This document shows positions 18,909 to 28,061 of a stretch of 64,000 bases of DNA, one piece after another. The notes beneath the pieces were generated by a model. It made no database searches. It was given only the letters and a program-made list of their open reading frames with translations, and was not told where the DNA came from. Origin of the DNA: an uncultured Lachnospiraceae bacterium. Lineage in GTDB: Bacteria; Bacillota; Clostridia; Lachnospirales; Lachnospiraceae. Every line of letters starts with the position of its first letter. Positions within the stretch are counted from its first letter, which is position 1. Both the position numbers and the translations under genes were made by a program. The stretch lies in NCBI GenBank assembly GCA_902785985.1, contig CADABA010000001.1, positions 425 to 64,424 on the forward strand. Reading direction: 5' to 3'.

Positions 18909-20166
18909 CCTGTGTAGCCTCCCGATCCTTCAACCCTGCCAGATCAGCAGCCGCCGAATTGTACGGCTCCCTGCTGTCGGACTCCACTACCAATGTGGGC
19001 TTACCCATAGGCTTGACAACGTGCTTTCCGACGATCCGTTCAAAGTCCTTTTTGCCGATCAGCTTTTCCAGCTGCGCCAGGGACTTAGGCTTACGGTCAT
19101 ACAGCATTGCCTCCTGATAACCGGCTTTCAGAATGTCATCCATCGCGGCATCCGCATCATCCCATTTCCGGTCTGACCGTCCTGCTACTGCCTTCCATCC
19201 CGGTATACTCTTACCATCCAGAATTGCTTGCAGAGCATAATCGCAAAGCTCGTTATACCAGCTCACAAGGCGCTCACCCCTGTAAAGCAAATCCCCGACA
19301 TCCGCATCCGTCAGCGCGGGCGGGAGAGCAAATCCGGCATTCATCGCTGCTTCCCTGTCTGCCTTTTCCTGTTCCGTCAAAAGACCGTCAATCGGCAGAT
19401 CCTTGAAGTCCTCCAGGGCTGTCATGTTCTCAGCTCTTGCACGGCAGACGAAGCGACCCTTGCAGTAATAGTTCTTGCACCACGGACCCTCATGAAACTC
19501 TGCGCCTTCACCTGTATAGGCGGTCTGCGCGATAGGCTTTATCTGTTCTCCCCATGCTTTCAGCTCTTCGACCGTGATGATTTCCTCTTTGGCCTCATCG
19601 CAGATCCTTGGCTGTATGATCGCCATGCTCACACGATGAATGTCATAAAACATTCCGTACTGCTTCAGCGCACCCAGGGCGTAAAGCCGCATCTGTGAAT
19701 TGTTCTCAGCCGGTACGTTATAGCCCTTGCCATGCTTGTAATCCGTAATACAGAGAAGATCCCCGCCGATTACGATGCTGTCACAGGTTCCGAACCCGTC
19801 CGGTACATAATCGGAAAAATCAACCCTGACCTCCTGCGCCTGATACGGCTTGCCGTCAAAGGACATAACCTTTTCCCAGATATATTGACCGTAGACCTCA
19901 GCTGTCTTGATCATTTCTTCCTGGAAAAGCGGATCCTCTCTCAGCTTTTTCAGCTGCGAATTGTACTTCCGCTTCGTAATCTGTCCGGCATTGTATGAGA
20001 CTGTCAGCTCACAGACCTTATGTGCCAGCGTTCCCTCCTGTGCCGCCTCACCCGGCGGGCCATCGGGAAACTGTGCCTCATAATTCGGGGCGGCTGTACA
20101 GTTCAGCCAGCAACCGGAATGGGACGCGCTCAGTTTTGCGTGATCCCGCTGTGTAGTCGTTCCCAT
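18901..20166 (-). CDS. DUF2800 family (Cas4-like PD-(D/E)xK exonuclease)
   Basis: HAKLSAS...WLNC, EGTLAH, FGTCD...DYKHGKG, QMRLYALG, WC...CKGRFVC. Confidence 0.88.
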   Translation of the reverse strand: MGTTTQRDHAKLSASHSGCWLNCTAAPNYEAQFPDGPPGEAAQEGTLAHKVCELTVSYNAGQITKRKYNSQLKKLREDPLFQEEMIKTAEVYGQYIWEKVMSFDGKPYQAQEVRVDFSDYVPDGFGTCDSIVIGGDLLCITDYKHGKGYNVPAENNSQMRLYALGALKQYGMFYDIHRVSMAIIQPRICDEAKEEIITVEELKAWGEQIKPIAQTAYTGEGAEFHEGPWCKNYYCKGRFVCRARAENMTALEDFKDLPIDGLLTEQEKADREAAMNAGFALPPALTDADVGDLLYRGERLVSWYNELCDYALQAILDGKSIPGWKAVAGRSDRKWDDADAAMDDILKAGYQEAMLYDRKPKSLAQLEKLIGKKDFERIVGKHVVKPMGKPTLVVESDSREPYNSAAADLAGLKDREATQDG

Positions 20167-20180
20167 ACCACATACCCTCC

Positions 20181-20651
20181 TTAAATCGCTGCGCCCAACG
20201 CTCTCAGGTCTGCCGCGAATGCCTCAAACTGATCCTCACGGAGCTGTGTAATGACCTGAACCCCGTACTTACTCAGGACTGCTAAAACGTCCTGCATTTT
20301 GCCCTGATCAATCAGCCCTGCGCCCGCTCTTGAAATAGCATTCATGTCGATCTTCGGAGCTTCCTGAACGGGAGCCGGGATCGGTGCTGCGGGCTGTGGG
20401 GGATTCATCGCGGGAGCCGGATTCGGCTGAGGGACGGGAGCGACCGGAACAGGCGCGGGAGCGGGAGCCGGTGTAACAGGCTGCGGAGCAACCGGAACGG
20501 CCTCCATCACATCCATGGGCGTACCTGCCGGGATTACCATTTCCGCTGAATTGGAATCGGCTACCAGCGCGGAGCCTTTTAATGCGAGTGCCAGCTGTGT
20601 GATCGCCTCAGATAGATCCGGTGTTTCGATAGTGACTTTGATTTCCAACAT
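20181..20651 (-). CDS. Pro/Ala-rich phage replication-module protein
   Basis: PAP-rich linker plus conserved-looking C-terminus (LSKYGV...L); typical position upstream of DUF2800. Confidence 0.65.
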   Translation of the reverse strand: MLEIKVTIETPDLSEAITQLALALKGSALVADSNSAEMVIPAGTPMDVMEAVPVAPQPVTPAPAPAPVPVAPVPQPNPAPAMNPPQPAAPIPAPVQEAPKIDMNAISRAGAGLIDQGKMQDVLAVLSKYGVQVITQLREDQFEAFAADLRALGAAI

Positions 20652-20805
20652 AGCTTTTGCCTCCTTTTCGCTTTATGTTGATTGTTTTCTTTGTTTCCAT
20701 TCCTGGAATTCTGCCTCACTAACAGAATTTTCAAATAACTTTTTTGCTGAGAACAAAAAAGACATTCCTATGTTTTGACTTTGGTCTTGCGATAAATCTG
20801 GTGGA

Positions 20806-21105
20806 TCATATTCCATCAGATTTTCTATTATCGCTTCCATCCTCAATCTCCTTTTGCCTTTCAGCAATCAATTCATCCAGTGCCGACAAGATACATTCCT
20901 TCGTTTTCTGGGCGGCTTCATCGGACTCAAATTCTTTCTTACCGTTCATGACGGTGGACACGTACTGATGGGAGTATGTTTTCTTGTTCCCGTCTTTATC
21001 CACCCCGTACACGCACCGCCCCGCCAATTCAACGTTGGTGATCCGGTACTTGTGCATCTGACCGGCAACGTGAGCCGTCCAGTCCTCATTCAGAGTCAGT
21101 GCCAT
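20806..21105 (-). CDS. Cro-like / first early lytic gene, putative DNA-binding protein
   Basis: Divergent from the repressor, good RBS, weak HTH-like pattern. Confidence 0.5.
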   Translation of the reverse strand: MALTLNEDWTAHVAGQMHKYRITNVELAGRCVYGVDKDGNKKTYSHQYVSTVMNGKKEFESDEAAQKTKECILSALDELIAERQKEIEDGSDNRKSDGI

Positions 21106-21142
21106 TTTTACCTCCTGTTCTAAATAAATGTTGTTAATTACA

Positions 21143-21302
21143 GTTGAAAAAGTTCCACTAATGGGATATAATCAAAACACCACTTTCAACTAAATCCTGT
21201 GCAGTTGGACTTTCTGCTTCTTAGTGGATCTCTTTCAACCATCTAAAGCGAGTGTAGCAGAATGAATTCAACTTGTCAATAGGAAAATGGAAAATTTTCA
21301 AC
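21143..21302. promoter_or_regulatory. Genetic switch: face-to-face promoters and operator array
   Basis: Plus: TTGAAA (21144), 17 bp, TATAAT (21167). Minus: TTGACA (21279-21274), 17 bp, TG-n-TACACT (21256-21251). Operator-like GT(T/G)GAA-N4-TTCAAC variants at 21143, 21224, 21257, 21287. Confidence 0.75.
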
Positions 21303-21319
21303 TATGGAGGTGATCGAGT

Positions 21320-21817
21320 TTGACTTTCTATGAAAGATATGCTGCAGTCGCGGAAAAGAGTGGACTAAAACCCGGATCAGAGAAGGCAGCAAGCCTGTTC
21401 GGATCCAACAAATCAACCGTGTCCAAATGGAAAACCAATAATATTACACCCATCGGAAATGTCGTTGCCGCGATAGCGAATGCGTTCAGCTGTTCAACGG
21501 ATTATCTCCTGGGACGCACGGACGATATGACGGACTATGCCAAAGGCGAAAAACCATCTCAGGAAGATATCACCCCGTCCCCGGCTGTGATCCAGTTTCC
21601 GAATGACGAATCCGACAGCCTGATCCGTTTAATCAAGCGGCTGGATCCGGCTGACCGCCTGCGGGCTGAGGGAGTGATCCAGGGATTACTCATGCAGAGC
21701 AAATACAACCCTGCGCCGTCATCCCTTCCGAATGCGGCGCACATCCGGACCGATACGCCGGTCACGCCTGACATGATCGCCCATGATGAGGACATCATGA
21801 ATGACGATAATTTTTGA
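21320..21817 (+). CDS. CI-like XRE-family repressor
   Basis: HTH KSTVSKWK...IANAFSCSTDYLLG; upstream of ImmA and integrase. Confidence 0.85.
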   Translation: MTFYERYAAVAEKSGLKPGSEKAASLFGSNKSTVSKWKTNNITPIGNVVAAIANAFSCSTDYLLGRTDDMTDYAKGEKPSQEDITPSPAVIQFPNDESDSLIRLIKRLDPADRLRAEGVIQGLLMQSKYNPAPSSLPNAAHIRTDTPVTPDMIAHDEDIMNDDNF

Positions 21818-21847
21818 CCGGATCCAGCTCAGGAAGGTGGTACAAAC

Positions 21848-22333
21848 ATGACTTATGAGGACTTACTTTCCGCAGCGGATGGCCTGGGACTGATAACCAA
21901 GGAGAAAGATCTGCAGGCATACGACGGACGCATCAAGGGCCGCCGTGTAGCTATCCGACGATCAATCCCCACACAGAAGAAAAAAGCCTGCGTCCTTGCT
22001 GAGGAACTGGGACACTATTTCACATCGGCGGGAGACCTTCTGGGACTGGATGACGTGACCGCCCGGAAACAGGAACGCCGCGCGAGACTATGGGCGTACA
22101 ATGTGCAGATCGGATTATCCGGCCTGATCCATGCCAATAGTGCCGGATGCCGGAATCAGTATGAAACTGCCGAATTCCTGGATGTGCCGGAGCGGTTCCT
22201 TCTGGATTGCCTGAAATGCTACCGCGAAAAATACGGACCGTGGATCCGCTATGAGGAATATGTAATACGTTTTGACCCTTATCTTGAAGTGCTGACAGAA
22301 CAGGAGGCTATGAGCAGAATCAATGACTGGTAA
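21848..22333 (+). CDS. ImmA/IrrE-family metallopeptidase (anti-repressor)
   Basis: CVLAEELGHY...KQERRAR; lies between repressor and integrase. Confidence 0.85.
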   Translation: MTYEDLLSAADGLGLITKEKDLQAYDGRIKGRRVAIRRSIPTQKKKACVLAEELGHYFTSAGDLLGLDDVTARKQERRARLWAYNVQIGLSGLIHANSAGCRNQYETAEFLDVPERFLLDCLKCYREKYGPWIRYEEYVIRFDPYLEVLTEQEAMSRINDW

Positions 22334-23918
22334 GAAAGAAAATGAGCTTGCCGTCGTATATGCCCGATTTTCATCATCGAAACAACAGGAAACGTCCATC
22401 GAAGGACAGCTTGCTGCCGCCCATAAATACGCTGAGGCAAAAGGCTATACAATCATCCGGGAATATTGCGACAGGGCAAAGACAGGCACGAATGACAACC
22501 GTGAGGAATTCCAGCGAATGCTATCTGACTGCGCGAAACATCAATTCACGGTCATCATCGTGTGGAAGGTTGACCGGTTCGGACGGAACCGGGAAGAAAT
22601 CACATTCAACAAATACAGAGCGAAAAAGAACGGTGTCCGCGTGGAATACGTGGCTGAGAACGTGGTGGAAGGACCCGAAGGCGTGATCCTTGAAAGCGTC
22701 CTGGAGGGAATGGCTGAGTATTACAGCCTTCAGCTGTCCCAGAACGTCCAGCGCGGACTTTTAGAGGCGGCAAAAAAGCACCACGTCCCCGGCGGCGCTT
22801 GCATCTCATACGGATACAGGGCCGCACCTGATAAGACCTATGAGATCGACCCCATCACCGGTCCCGTTGTTACGAAGATCTTTGACCTGTATGCTTCCGG
22901 CATGACGGAATCAGAGATCATCCAATGGCTGAATGAGCAGGGACATCGCACAAAGCGCGGTGTAGCTTTCAATCGCAGCTCCCTGGTGAAGATGCTGCAC
23001 AACGAACGGTACATCGGGACATACATCTATAAAGACCTGATCCGGGATGAGGATGTGATACCGCCTCTTGTGAATAAAGACGTGTTCCGGAAAGTTCAGG
23101 AAATGCTAAAGCTGAACAAACGGCAGCCCTCACACAGATGGACCTATGCGGAATATATCCTGACCGGAAAATTGTTCTGCGGCAAATGCGGATCATCCAT
23201 GGTAGGCAGATCCGGCACAAGCAGATCCGGAGCCAAATACTGTTATTATCAGTGCTGGAATCAGATGCACAAAGACGGCTGTGATAAAAAGGCTGTCCGG
23301 CAGGAATACATTGAGAACCTGGTACTTGATAAAATCCATGAAATCCTTAACAATCCAAAGATTTTTGAACTGATCTTAGATAAGACGTGGGAATATTACC
23401 TAAAAGAGGATTCAGATCACGCCGAAACAGAATCGTTGCAGAGTCAACTCACTGCTGTAGAGAATGGCCTAAAACGGCTTGTAAAGTCTGTAGAGGATGG
23501 AATGCCCTTTGACCTGATCAAACCCCGCCTAGATGAGCTGGAGGGACAGAAAACGGCATTAAAAAAAGCCCTTGCAGATCGTGAACTGGCAAGGGCCGTA
23601 AAACTAACACGGGATCATATTCAATTCTTCCTGGAGAAAATGCGCGATACAGGTGACGTAGACATTGAAGCTAAAAAGAGACTTATCGACATTTTTGTTC
23701 GCGCTATCTTCGTCTATGATGATCATATCCTGATTACCCTGAACTACAGCGGGGACGGCAGCAAGATCACGGTTCAGGACGTAGAAAAAGCGAGTACAGC
23801 GGACACCACAACGGTGTTCGAATGTACTCGCTCCAGCGTCCACGAGCGAGCAACATGCGAACACTTACGGATCCTCTGGTTCCTGGATGTTTTCGCTATC
23901 GACGTTCCCACAAAATAA
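22323..23918 (+). CDS. Large serine recombinase (integrase)
   Basis: YARFSS catalytic Ser, DRFGRN, recombinase domain, LTGKLFCGKCG Zn ribbon, coiled coil. Confidence 0.95.
   Translation: MTGKKENELAVVYARFSSSKQQETSIEGQLAAAHKYAEAKGYTIIREYCDRAKTGTNDNREEFQRMLSDCAKHQFTVIIVWKVDRFGRNREEITFNKYRAKKNGVRVEYVAENVVEGPEGVILESVLEGMAEYYSLQLSQNVQRGLLEAAKKHHVPGGACISYGYRAAPDKTYEIDPITGPVVTKIFDLYASGMTESEIIQWLNEQGHRTKRGVAFNRSSLVKMLHNERYIGTYIYKDLIRDEDVIPPLVNKDVFRKVQEMLKLNKRQPSHRWTYAEYILTGKLFCGKCGSSMVGRSGTSRSGAKYCYYQCWNQMHKDGCDKKAVRQEYIENLVLDKIHEILNNPKIFELILDKTWEYYLKEDSDHAETESLQSQLTAVENGLKRLVKSVEDGMPFDLIKPRLDELEGQKTALKKALADRELARAVKLTRDHIQFFLEKMRDTGDVDIEAKKRLIDIFVRAIFVYDDHILITLNYSGDGSKITVQDVEKASTADTTTVFECTRSSVHERATCEHLRILWFLDVFAIDVPTK
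23814..23864. other. Candidate attP site (imperfect 51-bp inverted repeat within the integrase 3' end)
   Basis: GTGTTCGAATGTACTCGCTC-cagcgtccac-GAGCGAGCAACATGCGAACAC; arms are near-complementary. Confidence 0.6.
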
Positions 23919-23957
23919 AAAGAACCCCGGCAGGCATCGCGCCTCCGGGGTTTTCTC
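23917..23957. terminator. Bidirectional intrinsic terminator
   Basis: AAAAAGAACCCCGG...CCGGGGTTTTCT between convergent integrase and hydrolase genes. Confidence 0.8.
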
Positions 23958-23977
23958 ATGTGTGTAGGTGTTCCGCA

Positions 23978-24949
23978 TCAGTCAGACAGCTGATCATCCT
24001 TTATCGCTGCTGCCTTCTCACAAAGATCCTCAATCCAGTCTCTTTTCTGAATAGCCGCAAGCCAGTCAGCGGGGATCGCATCATAACCGTAATACAGCCC
24101 AGCCAATCCACCACAAACCGCTCCGACGGAATCAGAGTCATCGCCCAAGTTGACCGCCGTAAGCAGAGCATCACGGAAAGATTCTGTCCTGGACAAAGAC
24201 CATACCGCCGCCTCCAGGGTATCGACCACGTAACCGGTACTCCTGATCTGACCCTCATCGAGCAGGCTGAACCCCTCGATGTCATACATCCGGCCATAGT
24301 TCTCCAGCTCCTTTGTGTAGCTTTCAGCCATCTGGTAAAATGCTCTCGCTGCATCCATGCCGGACTGCAGACGGGAATTCAGATCGCCGTCCTCATTCAC
24401 GATGGCCCTTGCCATAAAGTAATAGATCCCACTGCCGATCAGCGCCCTGGTGTGATTATGCGTCAGGGATGTCACGTCATGAACCCGGTTGATCGCAGCA
24501 TACTCTTTCTTGTCCTGATCAATGCAGAACAGGCATACCGGAAGGATCCGCATGATACCACCGTTGCCGTTGGACCGTTCTCCAGTCCTGCCGCACGTTT
24601 TCCAATCGTGGCGCTTTGAATAATCATGGATTGCCGCCGTACAGGTAGCACCGTTATCAAATGCCTTGCCAAACGGTGTGTAATCCCCGCAGTACAGCCA
24701 GCGCACAAACCGATCCATGATATCCTGCGGAACGACAAAACCCTTCTGGATAATGCTGTCCATCGTTGCGATAGACAGGCTGCCATCATCCGTCCACGTT
24801 CCCGCAGGCGTGTTATACGGGCCGCCGTCCTCCATGCCGGTTATCAGACCGTCTTTCTTGATCTTCTCCCGGCTGGAAAACTGTACCGGATCGCCCAGTG
24901 CGTCTCCGGTCACAACTCCCATTATTCCATCTAACCAAATATTTCTCAT
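23978..24949 (-). CDS. ADP-ribosylglycohydrolase (DraG/ARH family)
   Basis: GDALG, WTDDG, NGNGGIMR, LTHNH, AVNLGDDSDSVGAVCGGLAG. Confidence 0.93.
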   Translation of the reverse strand: MRNIWLDGIMGVVTGDALGDPVQFSSREKIKKDGLITGMEDGGPYNTPAGTWTDDGSLSIATMDSIIQKGFVVPQDIMDRFVRWLYCGDYTPFGKAFDNGATCTAAIHDYSKRHDWKTCGRTGERSNGNGGIMRILPVCLFCIDQDKKEYAAINRVHDVTSLTHNHTRALIGSGIYYFMARAIVNEDGDLNSRLQSGMDAARAFYQMAESYTKELENYGRMYDIEGFSLLDEGQIRSTGYVVDTLEAAVWSLSRTESFRDALLTAVNLGDDSDSVGAVCGGLAGLYYGYDAIPADWLAAIQKRDWIEDLCEKAAAIKDDQLSD

Positions 24950-24961
24950 TCGATTACCTCC

Positions 24962-25291
24962 TCAAAAATTTATTCTCAGGTTCCCACCTTTTGGGTTATT
25001 GATCATCATGTTTCCGGATCCATGGATCATCATCCCATGAACCCCGTGCATCTCGATACCGTCACTCTTATAATAATCCATATACTCGATGTATGATACC
25101 TCACCGACCTCATACAGATCGTAACTCCTGACTTCATGCTCCGTCAGTTTCCGGTTATAGTACAGCTCTCCCCAGGCTTCCCGCCCGATCTCAGAAACGA
25201 ACTTCCGCGCTGTGTAGTCTGTCCACCCCACAGCCCCATCCGGCTGCGTCCCTATGCTCCTGCCTCTTAGTAACAGATAATATTTATACAT
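24962..25291 (-). CDS. DarA C-terminal-like (polyvalent-protein) domain protein
   Basis: YYLLLRGRSIGTQP...AWGELYYNRKLTEHEVRSYDL pattern recalled for this domain. Confidence 0.6.
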   Translation of the reverse strand: MYKYYLLLRGRSIGTQPDGAVGWTDYTARKFVSEIGREAWGELYYNRKLTEHEVRSYDLYEVGEVSYIEYMDYYKSDGIEMHGVHGMMIHGSGNMMINNPKGGNLRINF

Positions 25292-25752
25292 TACGCCGCG
25301 CCTCCTGCTTTATCGTTCAGAGGATATTCCATCCGTTTCCATGCCGCCGGTGAATACGTCTCGCGCTTTATGCCGTCATCAATCGTGTACCATTTCTCTG
25401 TGTCAGCATCGTAGTAAGCCGGAAAACCTTTCTTGACATGCTTATCCGGAACCACCCAGTAAAAGCCCTTGCTCTTTGGAGGCTTGCCGTCCCAGTGCCA
25501 TTTCTGCCGCTCTTCCTCTTTCATCGCCGCAACCCTGGGATTCTTCTCAGGATTGACCTTGACATTGAACGCCCTGGGGCTTGCCTCATCCGGACGTTCC
25601 TCCCAGTCAAATTCTACCCTGTTCCCTTTCCAGATGTAATGCTCCTTCGGATCGTCTGAGTCCGCAAAGCGGAAGAAATACTCCCGCCCTGCTTCGTCCT
25701 GGATAAACCCGTAACACTTATGTCGAATTATCGTCGTGATTGTTCCTCTCAT
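25291..25752 (-). CDS. Cold-shock-domain protein with C-terminal extension
   Basis: MRGTI...YGFIQDEAGREYFFRF...RVEF...PRAFNV (RNP1/RNP2-like). Confidence 0.72.
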   Translation of the reverse strand: MRGTITTIIRHKCYGFIQDEAGREYFFRFADSDDPKEHYIWKGNRVEFDWEERPDEASPRAFNVKVNPEKNPRVAAMKEEERQKWHWDGKPPKSKGFYWVVPDKHVKKGFPAYYDADTEKWYTIDDGIKRETYSPAAWKRMEYPLNDKAGGAA

Positions 25753-27245
25753 GCGCCACGCATCCTTTCTTCAAATGTCCGCTTGCGGATCCCCTGCTCC
25801 TTGCAGAAAGTGGGGAACCACCATTTCTTTTCAATCGCCTCAAACCCCGTTTCGTCCGGAGCCTTTGTCTGAAAAACCCAGAAATCATTCAGGCCCTCCG
25901 GGATCGCGCTGTCGATATGGTACTGACAAAAACTGCACAGATGTTCAAACTCATCAGCTGTACACCACAACGTCGGATCCTTACCTTCTCTGATCTGAAT
26001 GACTCTGAACATTATCCTTGCCTCCCTCTTTATCATCATGTGCTTTCGGGGGATTTGCCAGGAGCAGCCCCGCCACATTCGCCGCGTTCTTCTTTTCCTC
26101 AATCGCTCTGATCTCTTCCTCTGTCAATCTTCTCATGACAAACCCTCCTTTCCTGCCTTAATCCTGAACGTTGATATCTACTGCCAGCTGTTTATCCTCA
26201 GCCCATCCGATCTCTTTCAGTGTTGCCTTCTGCACATACAGCGTGCCGATCTTCGGAGCATCCAGCTCATTTTCCAGAACCTCAGTAAACTTGACCGTGT
26301 TCTTTGTAACCTTTTCCTGCTTGAATGTAACTGTCATTTCCATCCTTTCTGCCGGTATTACCCGACCGGCGGCGGGACAATCAATCCTATGTTCTAAAGC
26401 TGCCTCATACTCTTTATCGGTCAGGGCCACCACCGTTTGAGCGATGACCCTGTATCCGGCTGTCTTGCAGTACGCCATTGCGTCTGCCTTACTCTCAAAA
26501 GCACCTATCAGGTATGTATGACCACTTTTGAAGTCATACGCCTTATACTGCCTGTTCATGCTAACGCATCCTTGTACAGCTCCCAGGCTTTCAGGATCCC
26601 ATCGAACGTCCGTACCACATAATGATGGCCGCTCTTCATGTTCGTGACGATCACGGCATAGATGATCTTGCCCTTAATGGTCATCTTCCTGTTCAGCTCT
26701 ACCCGAACCCCGATGATCTTGTTTTCGTGCTTCCTCAGAACCTTGACACCCATGTTTCCTCTTCTCATTATTTTGCCTCCTTCTCCCATACCGGGGACTT
26801 ATCACTGACTGCGTGCTGCATTACCATCTTGAAAAGATCGCCTGCATTCGGATCCTCTTTGTTGAGCTTTCCGTAAACCTCATGAAGCAGGAGGGAAAGA
26901 TCCGATGTAATCTCAACCAGGCTTCCCGTTGCCGCTATCATTGCCGAACCGCCACCATTGCCAATAGTTGCCAATAACATTTTTTACCTCTCTTTCTGCC
27001 GGTATTACCCGACCGGCGGCGGGATGCTTCGTTTACCTCATCATCTGATCCGCAATCAGGCCGATTCCTGTGATCTTGTTGATCTCATTCACCTTACGCC
27101 TTACGTTTGCCCTGTACTTCTTCCAGGCTGACTCCCTACCGTCCATGAAGGCTTTATTGAACTGCTCTGCCTCATACTCATGGGCCTCTGCTACCATTTT
27201 GTCTGTCGTTCCGTTCATGTACATGTCCATCTGCTTTCTGGTCAT
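25749..27245 (-). CDS. Cluster of small hypothetical early genes (ORFs near 25749-26014, 26158-26559, 26556-26789, 26768-26980, 27033-27245)
   Basis: Co-oriented, tightly packed short ORFs with RBSs downstream of the promoter at about 27322. Confidence 0.55.
26345..26377 (-). repeat. 33-bp structured repeat, copy 1
   Basis: TCCCGCCGCCGGTCGGGTAATACCGGCAGAAAG, identical to 26992-27024. Confidence 0.85.
26992..27024 (-). repeat. 33-bp structured repeat, copy 2
   Basis: Identical to 26345-26377; precedes an RBS. Confidence 0.85.
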
Positions 27246-27266
27246 CGTTCCGATCTCCTTTCTCTA

Positions 27267-27352
27267 TGCGGTTGAATTGTTTCAACTGAGTACACTATAG
27301 CAGACTGGTAGAAGGAAGTCAACCCCTTTTGTGGAATTTTTTCAACTTTTTT
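27267..27352 (-). promoter_or_regulatory. Early promoter with two operators (copy 1)
   Basis: TTGACT, 17 bp, TG-n-TATAGT, flanked by GTTGAA-TTGT-TTCAAC and GTGGAA-TTTT-TTCAAC; about 43 bp identical to 30553-30595. Confidence 0.82.
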
Positions 27353-28061
27353 TCTCAGCCTCTTTTAGAGCATAAAACAGCTCACACCATTTGATCGCTG
27401 CCAGAGTATGCTCCCGGTTATCCGTCCACCATCCATTCCTCATCATGACCGTCTGGACCTGTCTGGGACAGCAGTACAGGTTATCCAGATCAAAATTATT
27501 TCTGTTCCCATCCAGGAACACAACCAGGTATCCATCAGGGATCGGTCCGTATGCTTTTTCATAGATGACCCTGTGCTTCTGTTGCCAGTTCTCCCGCCTC
27601 TGATCTCCGGTATAATTCTTCGGCAGCGGATTATCCGCAACCTTGATCCACCAATACCCACTCTTAAAGGTCTCGGATCCGATAGGCTTCGCAGTAACAG
27701 AAGATCCCTCCCCCTGGGGCTTTCCTCCGGACCACCCATACTTATGATCCGGAATCAGCCTGTGTAGCTTTGCTTTGATATTCATATCATTCTGCCGCGT
27801 TCCGAATCGTTTATTGAAAGCGTCTGTCAATCCAATGGAATTGACATACTCATCAACATGATCAACCAGCCATTGCTCCTGCTCCCCGGTATAATCCGGA
27901 AACCGATTTATGCCATGCTTTGAGGCCCAGCACCGCACCGACTGCAAAGAAACAGCGCACCCGAACTGCTCCCGGATGCGCTGTACAAGCTCTTTGTGGG
28001 GCGTATCGGCATAGTTCTCCCGGATGTATCTCTGTACCTCTTCGGGATATGCCTTTGCCAT
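27342..28061 (-). CDS. HNH endonuclease
   Basis: WQQKHRVIYEKAYGPIPDGYLVVFLDGNRNNFDLDNL. Confidence 0.85.
   Translation of the reverse strand: MAKAYPEEVQRYIRENYADTPHKELVQRIREQFGCAVSLQSVRCWASKHGINRFPDYTGEQEQWLVDHVDEYVNSIGLTDAFNKRFGTRQNDMNIKAKLHRLIPDHKYGWSGGKPQGEGSSVTAKPIGSETFKSGYWWIKVADNPLPKNYTGDQRRENWQQKHRVIYEKAYGPIPDGYLVVFLDGNRNNFDLDNLYCCPRQVQTVMMRNGWWTDNREHTLAAIKWCELFYALKEAEKKS

Noticed and set aside
18901-20166. Cas4-like nuclease as evidence of a CRISPR-Cas system
   Set aside because: DUF2800 is a standard member of the SSB-PolA phage replication module; no other cas genes or arrays are present
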